Source: Vicinamibacteria bacterium
GTDB lineage: Bacteria; Acidobacteriota; Vicinamibacteria; Marinacidobacterales; Marinacidobacteraceae
Direction of reading: 5' to 3'
Assembly (NCBI GenBank): GCA_963422395.1
Contig: OY729431.1
Location: forward strand, 2,240,001-2,304,000
DNA length: 64,000 nt
How positions within the stretch are numbered: position 1 is the stretch's first letter; every line of letters begins with the position of its first letter. Below, piece after piece: positions 58,254 through 64,000 of this stretch. The translations under genes and the position numbers were made by a program. Under the pieces are notes generated by a model that saw nothing but the letters and a program-made list of their open reading frames with translations, did not search any database and was not told the origin of the DNA.

Positions 58254-59243
58254 TCAGCGCGGCGGGCCGGCGGCAGCGCGGAAGCGACGGACGAGCTCCG
58301 GGTCCACTCCCTCCGCCCGTTCCCAGAGAAGGGCGGCACGCTCCCGGAGCCCGGCGGTTTCGGGACGGGTGATCCGCACTCCGGCAGCGGCCAGGCGCCC
58401 GGCTGCTTCGGCTTCCTGCCGGCGGTACTCGGCGCGCTCGAAGGCGATCGCCGCCGCCGCGGCCTCGAGCACCGCGCGGCGTTCCGGCTCGGCGAGCGAG
58501 GCGAAGAAAGATTCGTTCATGACGAAGGGAGCCACCAGGTGCATCCAGCCGATCTCGGCCCAGTAGGGCGCCACTTCGTGGAACCGGCGATGGAAGTAGT
58601 TGGCGGCCGCCGCTTCGGCGCCGTCTATGACCCCCTGTTCGAGCGCCGAATACAGCTCGCCGTAGGCCATCGGCAGCGGATTCGCCCCGAAGGCGCGGAA
58701 GGCGGCCAGATGGAGGGGGTTCTCCATGGTGCGGATTTTGAGGCCTTCGAGATCGGCTCCGCTCCCGACGGGGGCGTTCCGGGTCATCACATGCCGCAGG
58801 CCGATGTCGAAAAAGCCGAGAAGGCGCATTCCCCGCTGGAGAAGCGGCGGGCCGAGAGCCTCCAGAGCGGCCCCATCGAGCACCCGGTAGAGATGGGCGC
58901 GGTCCTCGAACAGGAATGGCAGGTCGAGGACCAGCAGCTCGGGGACGAAAGTGGCGAGCGGGGCGTTCGCCGGACAGGCGGCGTGCACCGCTCCGAGGAC
59001 GACGAGTTCGATCACCTCGCGCTCGTCTCCGAGGGCGCTCGCGGGGAAAACCTCGACCACCACCCGCCCCTCGGTGCGGGATTCCACCTCCTTCGCGAAG
59101 ATCTCGAGAGCGAGAGCCTGGGGTTCCGAGGCTTGCGCCGAGGCGCTGGCGCGGATGCGGACCGGGGTCTCGCCGGCGCCGGGCGCGCAGGCGGCCGCAG
59201 AGACGAGGCCCAGCAAGAGCACGGCGGAGGATCGGCGATTCAC
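58254..59243 (-). CDS. dctP: TRAP transporter substrate-binding protein (lipoprotein-type signal)
   Basis: DLPFLF, DLEGLKIR, GANP.PM.YGELYSALEQGVIDGAE; GTG start overlaps the dctM stop. Confidence 0.92.
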   Translation of the reverse strand: MNRRSSAVLLLGLVSAAACAPGAGETPVRIRASASAQASEPQALALEIFAKEVESRTEGRVVVEVFPASALGDEREVIELVVLGAVHAACPANAPLATFVPELLVLDLPFLFEDRAHLYRVLDGAALEALGPPLLQRGMRLLGFFDIGLRHVMTRNAPVGSGADLEGLKIRTMENPLHLAAFRAFGANPLPMAYGELYSALEQGVIDGAEAAAANYFHRRFHEVAPYWAEIGWMHLVAPFVMNESFFASLAEPERRAVLEAAAAAIAFERAEYRRQEAEAAGRLAAAGVRITRPETAGLRERAALLWERAEGVDPELVRRFRAAAGPPR

Positions 59244-60517
59244 GACAGGAGACCGAGAACCCGGGGGAGGGCGAGAACGGAATCGGGCCAGAGGGTGATG
59301 ACGAGCTGCGCGGCGAGCATGAGCAGCACCGGGCGAAGTGTCCAGGAAGCGACTTCGCGCACCTGCAGGCCCGAGAGCGAACAGGCGACGAAGAGGGTCG
59401 CACCGTACGGCGGGGTCACCATTCCGATCGACAGGTTCACCGACACCAGCACCCCGAAGTGCACCGGGTCCACCCCCAGCTGCAGCGCGAGAGGGAAGAG
59501 GACCGGAAGCGCGACGATGAGAGCCGAGATCGTCTCCATCATCATCCCGGCGACGATCAGGACCAGGTTGCACGCCAGCAGGAAGAGGAGCGGAGAAGCG
59601 GCCGCCCCGAGCACAGATCCGATGCTGGCCGCGACTTGTTCCACGGCGAGGATCCAGGCGAGGAGGTAGGCGGTGGTGGCGACGAACAGGATCACCCCGG
59701 ACCGGAGCGCCGACTCGGTGAGCGCCCGCCGCAGCCCGGAGGCGGAGAGACTTCCGCTGAGAAGCCCGGCGAGCACCACCCAGGCGACCGCGATGCCGGC
59801 GGCTTCGGTGGCGGTGAAGGCGCCGGAGAGGATCCCGCCGAGCACCACCACCGGCAGGAGGACTCCGGGCAGCGCCCCGAGCACGGCGCGGACGAGCGGG
59901 GGCGGGGAAGTCGAATCTTCCCCGGCCCGAGGGTTTCCGCCCGGAAAGCGCCTCGCGGCCCGGGTACCGCCGGCCAGGAGCACGGCGGCGAGCAGCAACC
60001 CCGGGCCCACCCCGCCGAGGAAGAGCGCGGCGATCGGGGCGCCGGTCAGATGCCCCACCACGATCATGACGATGCTCGGCGGGATCACCGGGCCGAGCGC
60101 GCCGCCGGCTGCCTGGAACGCCGCGGCGAAACCGGCGGGATAGCCGCGGCGGCGCATCGCCGGGATCATCACCGAGCCGACGGCGGCGGTCGAAGCGCTC
60201 GACGAGCCGGAGATCGCCGCGAAACACATCGAGGAGACCACCGAGACCGCCGGCAGGCCGGCGGGGACCCGGGAGACGAGCGCCAGAACGCTCCGCGCCA
60301 TCCCGGTCCCGTGCATCAGCTCCCCGGCGAGGATGAAGAGCGGCACCGCCAGCAGCACGAAGGAATCGAGAGCGGCGAAGGCCCGCTGCGGAACCACCTC
60401 GAGAGGGATGCCGCCGTCCGCGAGCAGCGCGGCGAGCCCGGAGATCCCGACCGCGAAGGCGACCGGAACCCCGAGCGCGAGCAGCGCGGCGGCAACCACC
60501 ACGAAAACGGCGGTCAC
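59240..60517 (-). CDS. dctM: TRAP transporter large permease
   Basis: LLAVPLFILAGELM, ISGSS, VIPPSI, FTATEA, DPVHFG, TPPYG. Confidence 0.94.
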   Translation of the reverse strand: MTAVFVVVAAALLALGVPVAFAVGISGLAALLADGGIPLEVVPQRAFAALDSFVLLAVPLFILAGELMHGTGMARSVLALVSRVPAGLPAVSVVSSMCFAAISGSSSASTAAVGSVMIPAMRRRGYPAGFAAAFQAAGGALGPVIPPSIVMIVVGHLTGAPIAALFLGGVGPGLLLAAVLLAGGTRAARRFPGGNPRAGEDSTSPPPLVRAVLGALPGVLLPVVVLGGILSGAFTATEAAGIAVAWVVLAGLLSGSLSASGLRRALTESALRSGVILFVATTAYLLAWILAVEQVAASIGSVLGAAASPLLFLLACNLVLIVAGMMMETISALIVALPVLFPLALQLGVDPVHFGVLVSVNLSIGMVTPPYGATLFVACSLSGLQVREVASWTLRPVLLMLAAQLVITLWPDSVLALPRVLGLLS

Positions 60518-60975
60518 GGCGAATCTCCCGGGGCGCCGACGCGGCGGAAGCGGTCCGCCGCAACCAGCGCCAGCATCCCCCCGCCGACCGGGATGGCGAG
60601 ATAGGGCCATACCATCGAGATCCCGAGCGCCGGCGTAGTCTGGAGGGCGGCGATGCGCAACAGCGACCCCCCCAGGATCGCCAGCGCGAGCGAAAAGGCG
60701 CCGACCAGTACCAGCACCAGACGTGCGAGCGCCGCCCGGCGCGGGGGAGCCAGCCGCGGAGACAGGTAGTCCATCGCCAGGTGCATCCCGCGGTCGAGGC
60801 CGAGCGGCGCCGCCAGCGAGATCGACCAGACCTGCAGATAGCGGGCGAGCTCTTCGGTCCAGCTCGGCGGACTGCCGGCGAGATAGCGCGCGAAGACCTG
60901 ATAGCACACCAGCAGCGCGATCCCCGCGAGGCAGGCGGCAGCCGCGGCTGCGCACGCCCCGACGAGGCGCTTCAA
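60514..60975 (-). CDS. dctQ: TRAP transporter small permease
   Basis: QVFARY..SWTEELARY..W, H..MD. Confidence 0.92.
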   Translation of the reverse strand: MKRLVGACAAAAAACLAGIALLVCYQVFARYLAGSPPSWTEELARYLQVWSISLAAPLGLDRGMHLAMDYLSPRLAPPRRAALARLVLVLVGAFSLALAILGGSLLRIAALQTTPALGISMVWPYLAIPVGGGMLALVAADRFRRVGAPGDSP

Positions 60976-61018
60976 CGCAGAACCCGCCGGGCTCGCCGGA
61001 CGCTCCGGAGCTGGAGGT

Positions 61019-62128
61019 TCAGGCGGGACTCCCCAGGAAGACCTCGCGGCCGAGCCGCGCCGAGCTCCGGATCGCCTGGACCACCCGGAGGGAACGGAGC
61101 GCCTCCTCGCCGGTCAGCACCGGATCGCGTCCTTCGCGCACCGCGTCCGCCATGTCCTGGAGCTGGAAGCGATGCCGGGTCTGCGGATAGGCCCAAGGGT
61201 CGTCGGTATCGAGCCACTCGCTGCTCTCGGGAAGATCCTTCTTCGAACCGGGCGGCCCGGGCACTCCATCCACCTCCCAGACCAGGAACTGATCGTACTG
61301 GGCGTTCGCGACCACGGTTCCCCGCTCGCCGTGGATCTCGAGGCGCGAACGAAGCGCCGGACGGACGGCGGTGGTGCTCTCCACGACCCCCATCGCCCCG
61401 TTCTCGAAACGGAGCAGCGCCGCGGCGGCGTCCTCCACCTCGATGGCGTGCCGCCTGGTGGCGGTTCGCCCGAAGACCGAGGCGACGGGGCCGACGAGAT
61501 GCTGCAGCAGATCGATGATGTGGATGGATTGGGTCATCAGACAACCGCCGCCTTCGAGTGCCTCGGTCCCGCGCCAGGCGGCTCGCGCGTAGTAGGACGG
61601 TGGGCGGCTCGACTTGTCGATGGCATCGGCCAGCCAGATCTCCCCGAGGCCGCCGCTGCGAAGCAGTTCGCCGAGCATTCGCGCGACGCGGCCGAAGCGC
61701 ATCTGAAAGATCACCCCGAGGCGCACTCCGCGCTCACGGCACTCGCGGACCATGCGCTCGCCCGCTTCCACGGTCGCCTCGATCGGCTTTTCGACGAGGG
61801 CGTGCTTGCCGGCGCGGGCGGCTGCCAGAGTCATCTCGGCATGGAGGCCGGTGGGAGAGAGCACGCAGACCACCTCCACCGCCGGATCGGCGATCAGCTG
61901 CCGGTAGTCGGTGTACCAGCGCGGACTTTCGTGCTCCTCGGCGAAGGCGCGCGCCCGCCCAGCGTTCCGCGAACAGACGGCGGCGAGGAAGGCGCCCTCG
62001 ACGAATCGCAGTTCGCCGGCGCTGAAACCGCCGGCCATCCCGGTCCCGACGAGCCCGAAGCCGATGGGTTTCCCGGTCCGGCGGCGCTGGGCTTCGTCAG
62101 CCGCGCGCGGGGCGGGGCGGATCGTCAC
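61019..62128 (-). CDS. Gfo/Idh/MocA oxidoreductase
   Basis: GLVGTG, H..EKP, GGGCL..Q.IH.IDL. Confidence 0.93.
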   Translation of the reverse strand: MTIRPAPRAADEAQRRRTGKPIGFGLVGTGMAGGFSAGELRFVEGAFLAAVCSRNAGRARAFAEEHESPRWYTDYRQLIADPAVEVVCVLSPTGLHAEMTLAAARAGKHALVEKPIEATVEAGERMVRECRERGVRLGVIFQMRFGRVARMLGELLRSGGLGEIWLADAIDKSSRPPSYYARAAWRGTEALEGGGCLMTQSIHIIDLLQHLVGPVASVFGRTATRRHAIEVEDAAAALLRFENGAMGVVESTTAVRPALRSRLEIHGERGTVVANAQYDQFLVWEVDGVPGPPGSKKDLPESSEWLDTDDPWAYPQTRHRFQLQDMADAVREGRDPVLTGEEALRSLRVVQAIRSSARLGREVFLGSPA

Positions 62129-62518
62129 CTACTCTTCAGAACTGCTTCGATGTTTCAGCTCGAGGACGATCACCTCGATGGGATCGGGACCCCGGTTCAC
62201 ATCGCCGTGGAGTTCGCCCGGAGGGTCGGCGTCGAGCCAGTAGGCGTTCCCGGACTCCCAGTGCATCGCTTTCTCCTCTCCGCTCTCGGTCACCACCTGT
62301 AGGGTTCCGCCGCGGAGCGCGACGATGGCGCGTCCGTGTTCGTGCCGGTGCATCGCGAGCGGCTGGTTCGGAAGCACCACGGTCTTCCAGACTTTCAGGT
62401 GCTCGTTTTCGAACTGAGGGATGCGCCGCGTGCGCTGCTCCTGCCCGACGGCGAAGCGCGAGGCGGAAGCGAACCCGATCAGGAGGCCGCAGGCGAGAAC
62501 GATGAGGAGCCGAAGCAT
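62129..62518 (-). CDS. Exported cupin-domain protein
   Basis: Signal peptide; FENEH..VW, MHRH, H.DVN. Confidence 0.8.
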   Translation of the reverse strand: MLRLLIVLACGLLIGFASASRFAVGQEQRTRRIPQFENEHLKVWKTVVLPNQPLAMHRHEHGRAIVALRGGTLQVVTESGEEKAMHWESGNAYWLDADPPGELHGDVNRGPDPIEVIVLELKHRSSSEE

Positions 62519-62590
62519 GAGATGCCCTCCGTCATGAAGGCCCGCCGGGGAGTAGGCGGAGCGAGAGACGGTTCGCATAGGCTAGCCGCC

Positions 62591-63679
62591 ATGTACATGC
62601 TCCCGAAGAGCCCGCCCCGAGCAGCGCCGCTCCTTCCCGCCGTCCTGGCGGGAGTTCTCGCCGCCGGCTGCGGCGATTCCGGTCCGGCGCCCGAAGTGTC
62701 GAGCGATCCGGCGACCCCTTTCCGGCTCGCCACCTACCGCGCCTCGGATGCCGGAGACGGCGCGCCCCGCCCGGCGATCGTCCTCGGGGAGACCATCCTG
62801 GATCTCGCCGCCGCCGACGCCCTCTTCGCCAGCGAGACCGGCGCCGCACCGTACGGCTTCCCGGCGGACCTCATCGGGGTCATCGCCGCCGGCCCCCCGG
62901 CGAACGAACGCCTCCACCAGATCGCGAACCACCTCGGCGGCCGGGAGGACGGTCTCCGCTTTCGGATCGAGCCGCACCGGCTGGCGGCGCCGCTCCTCTA
63001 TCCGGCGAACCTGCTGGCGGCAGCAGCCAACTACCGTTCCCACGCGGCCGAGATGGCGGTGGAGCAGGAGGTGGACCCGGACCGCGACGCGCCGTACCTG
63101 TTCGCCAAGTCGGCGCGCTCCGGGATCATCGGGCCCGGCGAGCCTTACCGGATCCCTCCGGGCCGCGACCGGATCGACTGGGAGGGGGAACTCGGGGTGG
63201 TGATCGGCAAGACCGCCCGCAGGGTGCCGCGGGAGCAGGCGCTTTCGCATGTGTTCGGGTACACCGTGGTCTTCGATGTGAGCGATCGCGGCGGCCGCTT
63301 CCGGGAGAATCCGATGCTCCCCGGACCCGACTGGTTCTCCGGGAAGAGCGGTGACCGGGCGGCGCCGATGGGGCCGTTCGTCACCCCGCGCGCGTTCCTC
63401 CCCGACCCGCAGGCGCTTTCCATCGTGACCCGGGTGGACGATCGGGTGGTGCAGGACGGCAGCACCGCGGACATGATCTACACGGTGGCGCACCTGGTGG
63501 CCTACACCAGCAGCATCCTGACCCTCCATCCCGGCGATGTGATCGCCACCGGGACTCCGGACGGGGTGGGATCGGCCCGGGAGCCCCCGGAGTTCCTGCA
63601 CCCCGGACAGACGGTGCACATCGAGATCGAGGGTGTCGGGACGCTCTCCACTCCGATCGAAGCGGAGCCGGAACCGTGA
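62591..63679 (+). CDS. Fumarylacetoacetate hydrolase family protein with lipoprotein signal
   Basis: LAGVLAAG-C; NY..HA.E, DWEGELGVVIG, GKS.D, PGDVIATGTP.GVG. Confidence 0.9.
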   Translation: MYMLPKSPPRAAPLLPAVLAGVLAAGCGDSGPAPEVSSDPATPFRLATYRASDAGDGAPRPAIVLGETILDLAAADALFASETGAAPYGFPADLIGVIAAGPPANERLHQIANHLGGREDGLRFRIEPHRLAAPLLYPANLLAAAANYRSHAAEMAVEQEVDPDRDAPYLFAKSARSGIIGPGEPYRIPPGRDRIDWEGELGVVIGKTARRVPREQALSHVFGYTVVFDVSDRGGRFRENPMLPGPDWFSGKSGDRAAPMGPFVTPRAFLPDPQALSIVTRVDDRVVQDGSTADMIYTVAHLVAYTSSILTLHPGDVIATGTPDGVGSAREPPEFLHPGQTVHIEIEGVGTLSTPIEAEPEP

Positions 63680-64000
63680 TGCGAAGCCGGGTCCCTGCCG
63701 CCGGGCTGGCCGCAGTCCTCGCGGTCTTCGCTTTCTTCGCGGTACCGGCGGACGGCTACCGGTATTGGTCCTCCGAGGTCTGGATCCCCTCGGCGGAGGA
63801 AGCGACGATGCGCTGGCGGGCATCGGACTTCCCGCTGCGCTTCCGGATGCTTGAGAACGACAACCTGCCGACGGATTTCGAGATCGGCCAGGAACGATGG
63901 ACCGAGATCGTGCGGCGGAGTCTCGACCACTGGATCGGGGTCCGGACCGCGAACCTCGGCCTGGTACTGGAAGAAGCTACCGCCCCACTGAGCCGCGCCG
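63679..64000 (+). CDS. Secreted protein, partial (possibly matrixin-like N-terminus)
   Basis: ATG overlaps the previous stop; signal MRSRVPAAGLAAVLAVFAFFAVPADG; open to the window end. No catalytic motif visible. Confidence 0.55.
   Translation, partial: MRSRVPAAGLAAVLAVFAFFAVPADGYRYWSSEVWIPSAEEATMRWRASDFPLRFRMLENDNLPTDFEIGQERWTEIVRRSLDHWIGVRTANLGLVLEEATAPLSRA

Overview
High-GC bacterial chromosome segment. Its gene content (FN3 lipoproteins, ankyrin and TPR proteins, a DUF1592/DUF1552 operon, TRAP transporter) is suggestive of an Acidobacteriota-like host-associated bacterium such as a sponge symbiont, but that is inference only. Most of the window is housekeeping and metabolism: gcvT, der, HU, priA, udg, coaBC, gmk, ileS, purA, trxB, rsmA, uppP, ftsK, an amidase, recA, hbd, a thiolase, an exported Mo-hydroxylase cluster, lat and 5 tRNAs. 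The standout is about 2.0-10.8 kb, a locus of three fibronectin-III lipoprotein paralogues around an intact tyrosine recombinase. Two paralogues lie tail-to-tail. They share about 480 bp of near-identical inverted 5' sequence, a mosaic variable body, and a conserved 3' hairpin-plus-terminator element. Only the right-hand copy has a promoter, leader, RBS and complete signal peptide; the left-hand copy is decapitated exactly where the identity starts. This looks like an expression-site/silent-cassette surface-antigen switch (inversion or gene conversion). Also notable are a modular intergenic repeat/MITE family, a SLATT-like gene at the usual rpoZ position, and an IleRS with KESKS instead of KMSKS. 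No CRISPR array, rRNA or reverse transcriptase was seen. Product calls come from motif recognition by eye; no database search was run.
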